From: an uncultured delta proteobacterium
GTDB lineage: Bacteria > Desulfobacterota > Binatia > Binatales > Binataceae
Length of the DNA stretch: 64,000 nucleotides
Assembly (NCBI GenBank): GCA_963711565.1
Contig: CAVQEQ010000003.1
Location: 608,001 to 672,000, forward strand
Reading direction: 5' to 3'
The position numbers were made by a program, and so were the translations under genes. This document shows, piece after piece, positions 37,200 to 47,851 of this stretch. The notes beneath the pieces are model-generated. The model was given only the letters and a program-made list of their open reading frames with translations. It was not told the origin of the DNA and did not search any database. Numbering within the stretch: the first letter of the stretch is position 1; each line of letters starts with the position of its first letter.

Positions 37200-39812
37200 T
37201 TAGGCTGCGTTTGCGAGCGGCTGGCTGGAGAATTCCAGGCCCCGCGCACCCGCATCTACCTTGACCCGTGAATTGTCGCGGATCTCCCCCGACAGCAACT
37301 TTCGCCCCAGCGCCGTCTCGAGTTCGCGCTGGATAAGTCGCTTCAGCGGACGCGCGCCGTACGACGGATCGTAGCCATTCTCGGCCAGGTAGTCGCGCGC
37401 CTTGTCGGTCAACTCGAGCTCAATCTTGCGTTCCTCGAGGCGCTGGCGCAGGCGGACCAACTGGACGTCAACAATCTTGCGCAACTCGTCGCGGGTCAGC
37501 GGATGGAACACGACGACCTCGTCAACGCGGTTGAGGAACTCGGGCCTGAAACTCTGCCGCAACACCTCGAGCGCCTGCGCTTTCATCTTCTCGTAGTCCT
37601 GTCCCTTGAAGCCGAGAATAATCTGGCTCGCGATATTCAACGTCATGATCACGACCGTGTTGCGGAAATCCACCGTGCGTCCGTGGCCGTCGGTAAGGCG
37701 CCCGTCGTCGAGCAGTTGCAGCAGGACGTTGAATACATCGGCGTGCGCTTTTTCGATCTCGTCGAACAGGATCACCGAGTACGGACGGCGGCGCACGGCC
37801 TCGGTGAGCTGCCCGCCCTCGTCGAAGCCGACGTAGCCCGGCGGCGCGCCGACCAGCCGCGAGACAGTGTGCTTCTCCATATACTCGGACATGTCGATTC
37901 GGATCATCGCGGCTTCGCTGTCGAACAGGAACTCGGCCAGTGCGCGCGCGAGTTCGGTCTTGCCGACGCCGGTGGGGCCGAGAAAAATAAATGATCCGAT
38001 CGGGCGGTTGGGATCCTTGAGTCCAGAGCGGGCGCGAATCACGGCGTCGGCAACGGCGGTGACCGCTTCGTCCTGCCCGATGACGCGCTTGTGCAGATGC
38101 TCCTCAAGATGTGCGAGTTTCTGCACCTCGCCTTCGAGCAATCGCGAGACCGGAATCCCGGTCCATCGCGCGACGACTTCGGCGATATCGTCCTCGTCAA
38201 CTTCTTCCTTGAGCAATCGCTTGCCGCCGGAGTTCTTCTCGATCAGTTTCTGTTCTTCCGCGGCCAGCTCTTTCTCCAGCGACGGGAGTTTGCCGCGCTG
38301 CAACTCGGCGAGCTTTCCGAGATCGTAATCGCGCTGAGCTTTTTCGATCGCGAGCCTGGTTTGTTCGATCTCGGCCTTGATCTTCGCCAGCTTCTCAATT
38401 CCGCCGGTTTCAGTTTCCCACTGCGCCTGAAGGCCCGCGCGCTTTTCCTTGACCTCGGCGAGTTCCTTCTCGAGTTTCTGCAGCCGATCGCGCGACGCCT
38501 GATCGGTTTCGCGCTTGAGCGCCTCGCGCTCGATCTCCAACTGCATCACGCGCCGATTCACCTCGTCGATCTCGACCGGCATCGACTCCTTCTCGGTGCG
38601 CAGCTTGGCCGCCGCTTCATCGACCAAGTCGATCGCCTTGTCGGGCAGGAACCGATCAGTGATGTAGCGTTTTGAGAGCACCGCGGCCGTCACCAGCGCG
38701 GCGTCCTTGATTCGAATCCCGTGATGAACCTCGTAGCGTTCCTTGAGACCGCGCAGAATCGAGATAGTGTCCTCGACGCTGGGCTCCTCGACCATCACGG
38801 GCTGGAAGCGACGCTCGAGCGCGGCGTCTTTCTCGATATATTTTCGATACTCGTCGAGCGTGGTCGCGCCGATGCAATGCAGTTCGCCGCGCGCCAGCAT
38901 CGGCTTGAGCAGGTTCGATGCATCCATCGCGCCTTCAGCCGCGCCCGCGCCGACGACGGTATGCAGCTCGTCGATGAAGAGAATTATTTCGCCGGCGGCT
39001 TCCTGCACTTCCTTCAGCACGGCCTTGAGCCGTTCCTCGAACTCGCCGCGGAACTTGGCGCCGGCGATCAGCGCGCCCATGTCGAGCGCGACCAACTTGC
39101 GATTTTTCAGACTGTCAGGCACATCGCCGGCGACGATTCGCCGCGCGAGACCTTCGACGATCGCGGTCTTGCCGACGCCCGGCTCCCCGATCAGCACGGG
39201 ATTGTTCTTGGTGCGGCGCGAGAGCACCTGGATAGTGCGCCGAATTTCCTCGTCGCGTCCGATGACCGGATCAATTTTGCCGGCCGAGGCGAGCTTGGTC
39301 AGGTCGCGACCGTATTTTTCCAGCGACTGGTAGGTTGCCTCCGGATTCGACGACGTAACGCGCTGGTTGCCGCGGACTTTCTTCAGCACCGCCATCAGCT
39401 TGTCGTGCGTCAACCCGGCTTCGCGCAGAATTTTCGACGCGGCGCCGGGCTCATCGAGCATCGCGATCAACGCGTGCTCGACCGAAACGTACTCGTCCTT
39501 GAGCTTGCCCGCCTCCTGCTCCGCGCGCGCGAGCACGCGACCCAGGCGCTGCGCGGCGTAGATCTGTCCGCTGTCGGCGCCGCCGCCGGTTACGCGCGGG
39601 ATTTTGGCGAGTTCAGCATCGAGCTTGCGGCTCACTTCGTCGCGATCTACGCCCGTGAGCTTCAGGATCGACGACGCCAGGCCTTCGTTGTCCTCGAGCA
39701 GCGACGCCAGCAGATGCTCAACGTCAACGGCCTGGTTATGCGCGCTGAGTGCCGCGTTCTGCGCGCGCCCGAGCGCCTCCTGAAGTTTCTCGGTGAATCG
39801 ATTGGCGTTCAT
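37200..39812 (-). CDS. clpB: ATP-dependent chaperone ClpB
   Basis: Two AAA+ modules ([16 protein letters not shown]), coiled-coil M domain, GARPLKR. Confidence 0.97.
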   Translation of the reverse strand: MNANRFTEKLQEALGRAQNAALSAHNQAVDVEHLLASLLEDNEGLASSILKLTGVDRDEVSRKLDAELAKIPRVTGGGADSGQIYAAQRLGRVLARAEQEAGKLKDEYVSVEHALIAMLDEPGAASKILREAGLTHDKLMAVLKKVRGNQRVTSSNPEATYQSLEKYGRDLTKLASAGKIDPVIGRDEEIRRTIQVLSRRTKNNPVLIGEPGVGKTAIVEGLARRIVAGDVPDSLKNRKLVALDMGALIAGAKFRGEFEERLKAVLKEVQEAAGEIILFIDELHTVVGAGAAEGAMDASNLLKPMLARGELHCIGATTLDEYRKYIEKDAALERRFQPVMVEEPSVEDTISILRGLKERYEVHHGIRIKDAALVTAAVLSKRYITDRFLPDKAIDLVDEAAAKLRTEKESMPVEIDEVNRRVMQLEIEREALKRETDQASRDRLQKLEKELAEVKEKRAGLQAQWETETGGIEKLAKIKAEIEQTRLAIEKAQRDYDLGKLAELQRGKLPSLEKELAAEEQKLIEKNSGGKRLLKEEVDEDDIAEVVARWTGIPVSRLLEGEVQKLAHLEEHLHKRVIGQDEAVTAVADAVIRARSGLKDPNRPIGSFIFLGPTGVGKTELARALAEFLFDSEAAMIRIDMSEYMEKHTVSRLVGAPPGYVGFDEGGQLTEAVRRRPYSVILFDEIEKAHADVFNVLLQLLDDGRLTDGHGRTVDFRNTVVIMTLNIASQIILGFKGQDYEKMKAQALEVLRQSFRPEFLNRVDEVVVFHPLTRDELRKIVDVQLVRLRQRLEERKIELELTDKARDYLAENGYDPSYGARPLKRLIQRELETALGRKLLSGEIRDNSRVKVDAGARGLEFSSQPLANAA

Positions 39813-39952
39813 GCGATCTTCGCTTTTCCTTTTTGACTAAGCTAACCACTTTTCAGCCGAGGGCAAATCGAAATCCACGCAGTCAAGGCTGCGCCCGGCT
39901 GCGAGAATCACAGTCGGGCGCAGATATGTCTCTCGATAGCTGAGAAGCCGGG

Positions 39953-40783
39953 CTAGATATTCACAATCGGCGTCACTGGCGGGCGCACCGCGCGGCGATC
40001 CGTTCGCACGCGTCGCGTGGCCGCGGGCGTCGGCTCGAACGCCGGATGCAGACCGGGTTCGCGCGGAGCGGCGGCGGCACTGGCGTGGGACGGCTTCTGA
40101 GCCGCGAGCAGAATGTGGCGCCGGCCCTCGCGAATCAACACGCCGCGCTCGGTCATCTCGGTAAGCAGCTTGCTGACCATCGGGCGCGAACTGCCGATCA
40201 TCTCCGCGAGTTCTTCCTGCGCCAGCTCAGGCAGGAGCAGAGTTCCCCGCGAATCGGGCACGCCGAAGCGTTCCGCCAATTCGCCGAGAACCACCTCGAG
40301 CCGCTTGCGCAGCGACATTCCCAGAAACGTCGCATAACGGTAAACGACCAACGACCACATCGAATTCATCGCTTCCGTAATCCGAAGCAGCGCTTCCGGC
40401 TCGAGACCTTTGAGCACTTCGGCAATCTGATGCCGCGTGAACAGCGCAACGCAGGTGTTGGTCAGCGCGGTCGCCTCGAACAGCTGGGAACGACCGCCGT
40501 CCGCCTCGGCGAAGTCGGCATAGCCGACCAGGTCGCCCGGCCCGGCAATCTCGACCAGCACGGGGTCGCTGCCGGCCCGCGAGCTGTGAACCTTGACCAG
40601 GCCGGTGAGCACGGCGAAGACAACGTCGGCGGGCGAGCCCCTCGTAAACAGCTCCGCGCCCTTTGGGTAGCGCACGAGCATGTGGCGCTCGAGCAGCGCC
40701 GTCGCCGCGGGGCGTGGCAGCCCCATCGATGAGAGCTTGGTAAGCAGCCTTTCCTGAGCCTGCGTCGAAACCTGAAGATTCAT
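39953..40783 (-). CDS. Crp/Fnr family transcriptional regulator
   Basis: cNMP-binding fold (LFTRGSPAD..AVLTGLVK..GPGDLVG) and C-terminal HTH QEELAEMIGSSRPMVSKLL. Confidence 0.9.
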   Translation of the reverse strand: MNLQVSTQAQERLLTKLSSMGLPRPAATALLERHMLVRYPKGAELFTRGSPADVVFAVLTGLVKVHSSRAGSDPVLVEIAGPGDLVGYADFAEADGGRSQLFEATALTNTCVALFTRHQIAEVLKGLEPEALLRITEAMNSMWSLVVYRYATFLGMSLRKRLEVVLGELAERFGVPDSRGTLLLPELAQEELAEMIGSSRPMVSKLLTEMTERGVLIREGRRHILLAAQKPSHASAAAAPREPGLHPAFEPTPAATRRVRTDRRAVRPPVTPIVNI

Positions 40784-40841
40784 AGAGTATCTCCCCGCGG
40801 CTGCACCATATGACGGCCGGTGTGTAATTAAACCCTACAAA

Positions 40842-40870
40842 AAGTTAGTCTAGCCGCGCGGCTAGGTCAA
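40842..40870 (-). promoter_or_regulatory. Putative sigma70 promoter with perfect 16-bp palindrome over the spacer
   Basis: Minus strand TTGACC-N17-TAACTT; CTAGCCGCGCGGCTAG (40850-40865) is a perfect palindrome. Confidence 0.5.
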
Positions 40871-40910
40871 GTGCGGACGAAATGCCGTAAAAAATTATCG
40901 CCCGGCGCGC

Positions 40911-42260
40911 TCAAGCGCCGGCGATCGTCATCTCGGCTATCTTGATTGTCGGCGCGGCCGTGGACGAGCGCCAGTTGAGATCGTTGCCGATCATTTCGAC
41001 ACCGGCGATCATGTCCTTCAGGTTGCCCGCGATGGTGATTTCGTTCACCGGATACGCGAGCTCGCCGTTCTCGATCCAGATTCCGCCCGCGCCGCGCGAA
41101 TAGTCCCCGGTGACCATGTTCACGCCGAACCCTATCGTCTCGGTCAGGTACAGCCCCTGCTTCACCGAGCCGATTAGCTGCGCGGGCGTGTAGCTGCCGG
41201 GCTCGAGGTAGAGATTGGTGGTCGAGACGCTGGGAGCATCGCCAACAGAACGCGCGGCATTGCCGGTGGGAGCGAGGCCCAGCTTGCGCGCCGAATAGCA
41301 GTCGAGCAGGTAGGTCGCGAGCACGCCCTTGTCGATCACGCTCTTGCGGGAGGTCGGCAGACCCTCGCCGTCAAAAGGTTTGGAGCCGAGTCCGCCGGCA
41401 ATCAGTGCGTCATCGACGATCGTGACGCCGGAGGCGCTAATCGTTTTGCCCAACTGCCCGACCAGGAATGACGCGCCCTTATACAACGCAGGGCCCGAGG
41501 CGGCGCCGACGATCGATCGAATCAGGCCCGCGGCCATGTCGGGATCGAAAACAACCGGCGCGTGCGTCGTTTTGATCTTGCGCGCACCGAGCCGGCGCAA
41601 TGCGCGCTTGGCGGAGGTCACTCCGACCGACTCCGCATCTTCGAGTTTTCCGAAGCGGCGATTCGACGTGTACCAATATCCCTGCTGCATCGAGTCGCCA
41701 TCCTGCGCGATCGGTGCGACCAGGAGGCTGTACGAGGTGCCGGAATACTCGCCTGAGAAACCCTGGCTGTTGGCGAACAGGACCTGGTAGCGCCCGGAGC
41801 TGAATTCCGCGCCGCCGGAGTTCTTGATGCGCGGATCGAATTTCAGCGCCGCGTTCTCGCCGGTGCGCGCAATCTCGAGCGCGCGATCCGCATTTACGAT
41901 TCCGCTGTCGGGATCCGCCAGTGAAAGCTCGGGCAGCGACTTCGGATGCAGCGCCGGGTCGGGCAATCCCGCCCACGGATCGGCGGCCGACAGGCGCGCA
42001 AGCTCGACGGTGTTCGCGATGAAAGCGCCGAGCGAATCGCGCTCGATCTCGGCCGTCGATGAGGTCGCCGACGACTGTCCGCAAAACACGCGCAGTCCGA
42101 GGCGCCGCTCGCGCGAGCTCTTGAGTTTCTCGACTTCGCCCATGCGCACGCCGGCCATCAGATACTCCGCAGTGACGCACAGAATTTCCGCCGCGCTGGC
42201 GCCCTTGCGCCGGGCCTCGTCGAGCGCCCAATTGGCCAGTTCAATATCAACGGTCGCCAT
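40911..42260 (-). CDS. pmbA: TldD/PmbA family protein, PmbA (TldE)
   Basis: FDGEG, TGNA, GFGVNMVTGDYSRGAGG, VNEITIAGNL; lacks HExxH; downstream of tldD. Confidence 0.92.
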   Translation of the reverse strand: MATVDIELANWALDEARRKGASAAEILCVTAEYLMAGVRMGEVEKLKSSRERRLGLRVFCGQSSATSSTAEIERDSLGAFIANTVELARLSAADPWAGLPDPALHPKSLPELSLADPDSGIVNADRALEIARTGENAALKFDPRIKNSGGAEFSSGRYQVLFANSQGFSGEYSGTSYSLLVAPIAQDGDSMQQGYWYTSNRRFGKLEDAESVGVTSAKRALRRLGARKIKTTHAPVVFDPDMAAGLIRSIVGAASGPALYKGASFLVGQLGKTISASGVTIVDDALIAGGLGSKPFDGEGLPTSRKSVIDKGVLATYLLDCYSARKLGLAPTGNAARSVGDAPSVSTTNLYLEPGSYTPAQLIGSVKQGLYLTETIGFGVNMVTGDYSRGAGGIWIENGELAYPVNEITIAGNLKDMIAGVEMIGNDLNWRSSTAAPTIKIAEMTIAGA

Positions 42261-42288
42261 CAGATTGTTCTCACTGTGAATTCGATTT

Positions 42289-43737
42289 TCAGGCGCGCGT
42301 GCCGCCGACCGTGATGCCGTCGATGCGAATCGTCGGAAGTCCCACGCCCACCGGCACCGATTGGCCGTCCTTGCCGCAGGTGCCGACGCCGGCGTCGAGC
42401 GCGAGGTCGTTGCCGACCATCGAGACCCGGGTCAGCACGTCGGGGCCGTTGCCGATAAGCGTCGCGCCCTTCACCGGCCGCGTCACCTGGCCGTCCTCGA
42501 TCAGGTAAGCCTCGCTCGCTGAAAAAACAAATTTGCCGTTGGTGATATCGACCTGGCCGCCGCCGAAGTTGACGGCGTAGAGGCCGTTCCTGACCGACTT
42601 GATTATTTCCTCGGGCGTCGATTCGCCATTGAGCATGAAGGTGTTGGTCATCCGGGGCATCGGCGAATGCGCAAAGCTCTCGCGCCGGCCGTTGCCGGTC
42701 GGCTCCATCTTCATGAGCCGCGCGTTCATCCGATCCTGCAGGTAGCCGCGCAGGATGCCCTTTTCGATCAGCACCGTGCGCGAGGTTGGCGTGCCCTCGT
42801 CGTCAACGTTCAGGCTGCCGCGGCGATTCGGGATCGTGCCGTCGTCGATCACGGTGCAGAGTTCGCTCGCAACCTTCTGACCGATTCGATCTGCGAACGC
42901 GGACGTCTTCTTGCGATTGAAGTCGCCTTCGAGGCCGTGGCCGATCGCCTCGTGCAGCAGAATTCCCGGCCATCCGGGACCGAGCACGACGACCATCTCG
43001 CCCGCGGGCGCGGCGACGGCATCGAGATTGACGATCGCCTGGCGGGCGGCTTCGAGCGCGTACTCGCGCCAACGATCCTTCTCGATGAAATAATTCCACT
43101 CGACCCGGCCGCCACCGCCGTAGGAGCCCACCTGGCGGCCCTTACTGTCCTCGGCGATCACGGTGACGTTGAGCCGGCAAAGCGGCTGCATGTCCGCCGC
43201 GACCTGCCCGTCGCTCTTCACGATCATCACGATCTTGCTCTCGCACGCGAACGACGCCATCACGTTCTTCACCCGCGGGTCGGCAGCGCGCGCGATACGA
43301 TCGATCTCACTCAGCAGCTTGGCGCGCTCCTGCACGGGAACGTCGAGCGGCGTGCTCGGGAGATCGTACAGCGCATGACGCGCGACCGGCGCGCCGACCT
43401 GGACCGCCGCCGGCGTCGCGCCGCGCTGATCGGCGATCGCGCGCGCGGCCTCCGCCGCAAGGCGCATCCTGTCAACTGTGACTTCGTCGGAGTACGCGTA
43501 GCCCGTACGATCTTCGGCGCACACCCGCACGCCGACGCCATGGCTGACGCTCTTGCTCGTGTGATTCACCATCGACTCTTCGAGCGCGAGACCCTCGGCG
43601 CTTTTGTACTCGAAGTAGAGATCGGCGTAGTCGGCCTTGCGTTCGAGCGCACTGCCGAGGATTCGCTCGAGCGCGCCGTGGTTCATGCCGAATCGGTTCA
43701 GGAAAAATTTATCGGGAGCAACAAGTTCGTTGGACAT
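42289..43737 (-). CDS. tldD: Metalloprotease TldD
   Basis: GPGWPGILLHEAIGHGLEGDFNRK, DDEG, PRMTNT, CGKDGQSVPVGVG; ATG 43737. Confidence 0.95.
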   Translation of the reverse strand: MSNELVAPDKFFLNRFGMNHGALERILGSALERKADYADLYFEYKSAEGLALEESMVNHTSKSVSHGVGVRVCAEDRTGYAYSDEVTVDRMRLAAEAARAIADQRGATPAAVQVGAPVARHALYDLPSTPLDVPVQERAKLLSEIDRIARAADPRVKNVMASFACESKIVMIVKSDGQVAADMQPLCRLNVTVIAEDSKGRQVGSYGGGGRVEWNYFIEKDRWREYALEAARQAIVNLDAVAAPAGEMVVVLGPGWPGILLHEAIGHGLEGDFNRKKTSAFADRIGQKVASELCTVIDDGTIPNRRGSLNVDDEGTPTSRTVLIEKGILRGYLQDRMNARLMKMEPTGNGRRESFAHSPMPRMTNTFMLNGESTPEEIIKSVRNGLYAVNFGGGQVDITNGKFVFSASEAYLIEDGQVTRPVKGATLIGNGPDVLTRVSMVGNDLALDAGVGTCGKDGQSVPVGVGLPTIRIDGITVGGTRA

Positions 43738-43814
43738 AATTTTTGCCGCCTGTGAAACAACATTATCAAAGCGCGCACTCGCCAAGAAGGCGCTCGATCC
43801 GTTACGATTCGCCA

Positions 43815-44063
43815 ATGGCCTCGCGCGAGACATTGGCGCTAATCGATCGACTGATGCTCGATATGATCGCGCAGCAGGAGAGCAAGGTGCTCGCGATGGC
43901 GCGCGCGATTCATCCCGGGCTTACGCCGGAGGACATTCGCAACCCGAACGATTTCGCCGACCTGATGGCGAGCGGCGAGTGGAACTTCGAGGACGGAATC
44001 CTGTCGGGGCTCAAGAGCGCGCACATGGCGCTGCGCGCGAAGCTGCTGGAGACGATCGAATAA
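43815..44063 (+). CDS. Small hypothetical protein (82 aa, predicted helical)
   Basis: Fills the gap between tldD and the terminator; coding-like codon usage; ...QQESKVL..AR..PGLTPEDIRNP.DF...WNFEDGILSG. Confidence 0.7.
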   Translation: MASRETLALIDRLMLDMIAQQESKVLAMARAIHPGLTPEDIRNPNDFADLMASGEWNFEDGILSGLKSAHMALRAKLLETIE

Positions 44064-44064
44064 G

Positions 44065-44097
44065 AAAAGGCACGAAGAGAATCTCTTCGTGCCTTTT
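44065..44097. terminator. Bidirectional rho-independent terminator ending the ribosomal superoperon
   Basis: AAAAGGCACGAAGAGA-A-TCTCTTCGTGCCTTTT between convergent genes. Confidence 0.88.
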
Positions 44098-44121
44098 GCT
44101 TTGTTAGTTGTTAGCGTCGAA

Positions 44122-44577
44122 TCAGCCAGCGGCCGCGGCGGCTCGACGAGGCCGCTCGGTGGTGGCGCCTTCCTTCTTCGCAGATGAGCGCTTGCGCGGC
44201 TTCTTTGTCTTAGTCTGCTCCTCGTTACCAGTGAACTCGATCACCGAGAGCATCGCGGCGTCGCCGCGGCGATGGCCGAACTTGATCACGCGCGTGTAGC
44301 CGCCGTTGCGATCCTTGAAGCGCGGCGCAATCTCGTCGAACAGCTTCTTGACCGCCTCGTGCGACTGCAACGCCGCGAACGCGCGCCGGCGCGCGGCGAG
44401 ATCGTTCTGCTTGCCGAGCGTGACCATCCGATCCGCGATGCGGCGGAGTTCCTTGGCCTTGGGATCGGTGGTCTTGATTCGCTCGTGACGAATCAGCGCG
44501 AGCACCATGTTTTTGAACAGCGCCTTGCGATGCGCCGACGTGCGATTGAGCTTGCGGCCCGAATTGAGATGACGCAT
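44122..44577 (-). CDS. rplQ: 50S ribosomal protein L17
   Basis: [29 protein letters not shown]. Confidence 0.97.
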   Translation of the reverse strand: MRHLNSGRKLNRTSAHRKALFKNMVLALIRHERIKTTDPKAKELRRIADRMVTLGKQNDLAARRRAFAALQSHEAVKKLFDEIAPRFKDRNGGYTRVIKFGHRRGDAAMLSVIEFTGNEEQTKTKKPRKRSSAKKEGATTERPRRAAAAAG

Positions 44578-44638
44578 CTTTCCCTTCTTCTAATCCTTTA
44601 CTATTCCAATCCTGTACTAGGCCGATTCGCGGCGGATT

Positions 44639-45667
44639 TCAGGCCGATTCGCGGCGTTCCTGCTCTTCCCACATGCGGTCGAGCTCGCCGCGCGGCGGCA
44701 GGTTCTCGAGCCGCATCCCGAGCGAGAGGCCCATGTCGGCGAGGACTTCCTTGATCTCGTTGAGGGACTTGCGTCCGAAGTTTTTGATCTTGAGCATGTC
44801 CTGCTCGGTCCGCTGAACCAGCTCGCCGATATACTTGATGTCGGCGTTCTGGAGGCCGTTGAAGGCGCGCACGGAAATCGGCAGGCCTTCGACCGGACGA
44901 TAGAGCAGCTCGCTCATCGACGGTCGAGCTTCGCCGCTCTCGGCTGCGCCGGGCGCCGCTTCGGCTTCTTCTTCGACGCCGGCGAAAATCGTCATCTGGT
45001 CGCGCATCACGCGCGCCGCGTAGGTCAGCGCCTCGCGCGGATTGATCGAGCCGTCGGTCCATATTTCGAGCGCGAGGCGGTCGTAGTCGGTGCGCTGGCC
45101 GACGCGCGCGTTGGTGACAGTGAAATTTACTTTGCGAATGGGCGAGAAGATCGCGTCGAGGCGAATCGTTCCGATCGCTTCCTCTTCTTCGGTGCGCTCG
45201 CCGGGGACGTAGCCGCGGCCGCGCTTGATAACGAGTTCCATATCGAGTTCGGCGCCCTTGTCGAGCGACGCGATATGCTTGTCGGGGGTCAGGATTTCGA
45301 GGCTGGGACCGCCGGTGATGTCGCGCGCGGTGACCTGCGCTTCGCCCTTGACCTTGAGGGTCGCGGTAATCTGCTCGCCCTCGTGCAGGCGCAGGCGGAT
45401 TTCCTTGAGGTTGAGGACGATGTCGGTCACGTCCTCCTTGACGCCGGCCAGAGTTGAGAACTCGTGGAGGACGTTTTTGATCCTGACTGCCGTAATCGCG
45501 TAGCCGGGCAGGGTGGACAGCAGGATGCGCCGCAGCGCGTTGCCAACGGTGATTCCGTAGCCGCGTTCGAGCGGTTCCGCGGAAAATTTGCCGTAGGAAG
45601 GAGTGACTTCCTTCTCGTCGAACTCGACAGTCTTGGGTTTGATCAGATCTCGCCAGTCATTTTGCAT
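44639..45667 (-). CDS. rpoA: RNA polymerase subunit alpha
   Basis: [41 protein letters not shown]; ATG 45667. Confidence 0.97.
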   Translation of the reverse strand: MQNDWRDLIKPKTVEFDEKEVTPSYGKFSAEPLERGYGITVGNALRRILLSTLPGYAITAVRIKNVLHEFSTLAGVKEDVTDIVLNLKEIRLRLHEGEQITATLKVKGEAQVTARDITGGPSLEILTPDKHIASLDKGAELDMELVIKRGRGYVPGERTEEEEAIGTIRLDAIFSPIRKVNFTVTNARVGQRTDYDRLALEIWTDGSINPREALTYAARVMRDQMTIFAGVEEEAEAAPGAAESGEARPSMSELLYRPVEGLPISVRAFNGLQNADIKYIGELVQRTEQDMLKIKNFGRKSLNEIKEVLADMGLSLGMRLENLPPRGELDRMWEEQERRESA

Positions 45668-45751
45668 AGTCTGTGCTCTTTTTTCCCGATGGATTTCCCG
45701 CGCCCACACAGGTCCACCACGGACCGGGACGCCGAATCGGTAGCCTCCGCC

Positions 45752-46378
45752 TTATCTTGAGTAATGCTCGACGATCAGCTTCTCGCTAATCGGCATCGTC
45801 AGTTCAGCGCGCGCCGGCAGCGACCGGAGCGAGCCGCGGAATTGTTCGCGTTCGAGTGCCATCCACGGCGGTACGCCGCGGCGCTGCGCCATCTCGATTG
45901 CCTCGACGATCACCTTCTTGGTGCGGCTCGCCTCGGCTACGCTAATCACACTGCCAACCTCGACAAGGGTCGAGGGAATCGTAACCTTCTTGCCGTTCAC
46001 CTGAATGTGCCCGTGGCGAACCACCTGGCGCGCCTGCGCCAGCGAGCTGGCGAAGCCGAGCCGATAGACCACGTTGTCGAGCCGCCGCTCGAGCAATACG
46101 AGCAGGTTCTCGCCCGTGATTCCGTCCATCCTCTCCGCCATCGCGAAGTAAGCCTTGAACTGCGTCTCCATCATCCCGTAGATGCGCTTGACCTTCTGCT
46201 TCTCGCGCAACCGGATCGCGAATTCAGAGAAACGCGTACGCGCCTGGCCGTGCGCGCCGGGCGGATAATTGCGCCGCTCGATCGCGCACTTGTCGCTGTA
46301 GCATCGCTCTCCCTTGAGGAAGAGTTTCAGTCCTTCGCGCCGACACAGCCGGCAAACGGGCCCTAGGTTTCTTGCCAT
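45752..46378 (-). CDS. rpsD: 30S ribosomal protein S4 (Zn-binding type)
   Basis: [36 protein letters not shown]. Confidence 0.97.
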   Translation of the reverse strand: MARNLGPVCRLCRREGLKLFLKGERCYSDKCAIERRNYPPGAHGQARTRFSEFAIRLREKQKVKRIYGMMETQFKAYFAMAERMDGITGENLLVLLERRLDNVVYRLGFASSLAQARQVVRHGHIQVNGKKVTIPSTLVEVGSVISVAEASRTKKVIVEAIEMAQRRGVPPWMALEREQFRGSLRSLPARAELTMPISEKLIVEHYSR

Positions 46379-46987
46379 TCTTTTTCTCTTTTCAGTGAAT
46401 CCGCTTGCTTGATGATAATCGGCTGAAAATTTCCTTAGTTGTTTGCGTCGTTAAGATCAGACTCGGCGCCGCTTTGGCGGACGGCATCCGTTGTGCGGGA
46501 TCGGCGTTACGTCTTTGATCGAGATGACGCCCAATCCCGCCGCTTGCAGCGCGCGCACCGCCGATTCGCGGCCGCCGCCCGGACCCTTGACGTGAACGAC
46601 TACGGCGCGCATCCCGACTTCCGAGCATTTCCGCGCGCACGCCTCCGCCGCCATCTGCGCCGCATACGGCGTGCCCTTGCGCGACCCCTTGAAGCCGACG
46701 GAGCCGGCGCTCGACCAGGCGATCACGGTGCCCTGCTGGTCGGTGATCGTGACGATCGTGTTGTTGAAGGTGGCGTGCACATGCGCGACGCCTTCGGGCA
46801 CGTTGCGCCGCACCTTCTTGCGACGCGGCGCAGGAGCGGGTGCTCCAGCGGCGCCGGCAGCGGGCGCAGCAGCAGCATCCTTCTTGTCTGGCGCTGCTTT
46901 GGTCTCTTTGATTTCTTCTTCAGCCATTTTTTCTCTTTTTTCAGTGAATCCGCATCGTGCGGGCTGACTGACGGAAATTTCCTTAGT
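46374..46987 (-). repeat. Duplicated ~65-nt leader upstream of rpsD (46374-46439) and rpsK (46923-46987)
   Basis: Both read (sense) ACTAAGGAAATTT...TCAG..CCG...GCGGATTCACTGAAAA..GAGAAAAA..ATGGC. Confidence 0.75.
46457..46927 (-). CDS. rpsK: 30S ribosomal protein S11 (N-terminal extension)
   Basis: [45 protein letters not shown]. Confidence 0.97.
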   Translation of the reverse strand: MAEEEIKETKAAPDKKDAAAAPAAGAAGAPAPAPRRKKVRRNVPEGVAHVHATFNNTIVTITDQQGTVIAWSSAGSVGFKGSRKGTPYAAQMAAEACARKCSEVGMRAVVVHVKGPGGGRESAVRALQAAGLGVISIKDVTPIPHNGCRPPKRRRV

Positions 46988-46990
46988 GTC

Positions 46991-47374
46991 CTAGCCTTTT
47001 GGGGGCGCCATCTTCTTGCCGGCGACTACTTTGCGCGGGCCTTTGCGGGTGCGTGCGTTGGTATGAGTGCGCTGGCCGCGGACCGGAAGTCCGCGACGAT
47101 GCCGAATGCCCCGGTAGCATCCAAGATCCATCAGGCGCTTGATCGACTGCTGAAAGTCGCGGCGGAGATCGCCTTCGACTTCGTAATCGGTGTCGATCAC
47201 CTGGCGGATGTGAACCTGCTGGTCGGCCGACAGATCGTCGGTTTTGGTCGCGGGATCGACTTTGGCGGCGGTGAGAATTTTGAGCGCGCTCGGCCGGCCA
47301 ATGCCGTAGATATAGGTGAGCGCAATATCCATCCGCTTGTTTTTCGGCAGTTCGACTCCAGCTATGCGTGCCAT
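46991..47374 (-). CDS. rpsM: 30S ribosomal protein S13
   Basis: [24 protein letters not shown]. Confidence 0.97.
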   Translation of the reverse strand: MARIAGVELPKNKRMDIALTYIYGIGRPSALKILTAAKVDPATKTDDLSADQQVHIRQVIDTDYEVEGDLRRDFQQSIKRLMDLGCYRGIRHRRGLPVRGQRTHTNARTRKGPRKVVAGKKMAPPKG

Positions 47375-47392
47375 CGCGAAACCCTTCCCTTC

Positions 47393-47506
47393 CTAGCCCT
47401 GGCGCTGCTTGTGGCGCGGGTTGGAGCATAGGATTCGCACGACGCCTTCGCGGCGCACGACCTTGCAGTTCTTACAGATTTTTTTTACTGATGCTCGTAC
47501 TTTCAT
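47393..47506 (-). CDS. rpmJ: 50S ribosomal protein L36
   Basis: Below ORF-track cutoff; manual translation [37 protein letters not shown]. Confidence 0.96.
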   Translation of the reverse strand: MKVRASVKKICKNCKVVRREGVVRILCSNPRHKQRQG

Positions 47507-47581
47507 AATCGTCAATCTCTACGTTCCGAATCGCGGGCACGGCGGCCCGCGCCACTTTACTCTCTAGTGCCCCTCGTTCGC

Positions 47582-47623
47582 GGAACCTCACCCCTGGCCC
47601 CTCTCCCTTCTGGAGAGGGGGAC
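47582..47623 (+). repeat. REP-like palindromic element (infA-rpmJ spacer)
   Basis: GGAACCTCACCCCTGG-CCCCTCTCC-CTTCT-GGAGAGGGG-GAC. Confidence 0.75.
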
Positions 47624-47632
47624 AGAGCCGTT

Positions 47633-47851
47633 CTAGCGCATCCGGTATGTTATTCGGCCGCGGGTCAGGTCGTAGGGGGAAAGTTCCACCGTGACTTTGT
47701 CGCCAGCCAGAATTTTTATGTAATGCATCCTCATTTTGCCCGAAATATGGGCCAACACCTTGTGCCCGTTGTCGAGTGTCACTCTGAACACCGCATTGGG
47801 GAGGGCTTCCTGAACCGTCCCTTGTACTTCGATCGCGTCGCCTTTAGACAT
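47633..47851 (-). CDS. infA: Translation initiation factor IF-1
   Basis: [29 protein letters not shown]. Confidence 0.97.
   Translation of the reverse strand: MSKGDAIEVQGTVQEALPNAVFRVTLDNGHKVLAHISGKMRMHYIKILAGDKVTVELSPYDLTRGRITYRMR

Noticed and set aside
39813-39952. CIRCE or HAIR heat-shock operator before clpB
   Set aside because: No TTAGCACTC-N9-GAGTGCTAA or CTTGAGT-N7-ACTCAAG match found.
40911-43737. tldD/pmbA as part of a RiPP cluster
   Set aside because: No YcaO, precursor-like peptide or other modification genes adjacent; housekeeping context.
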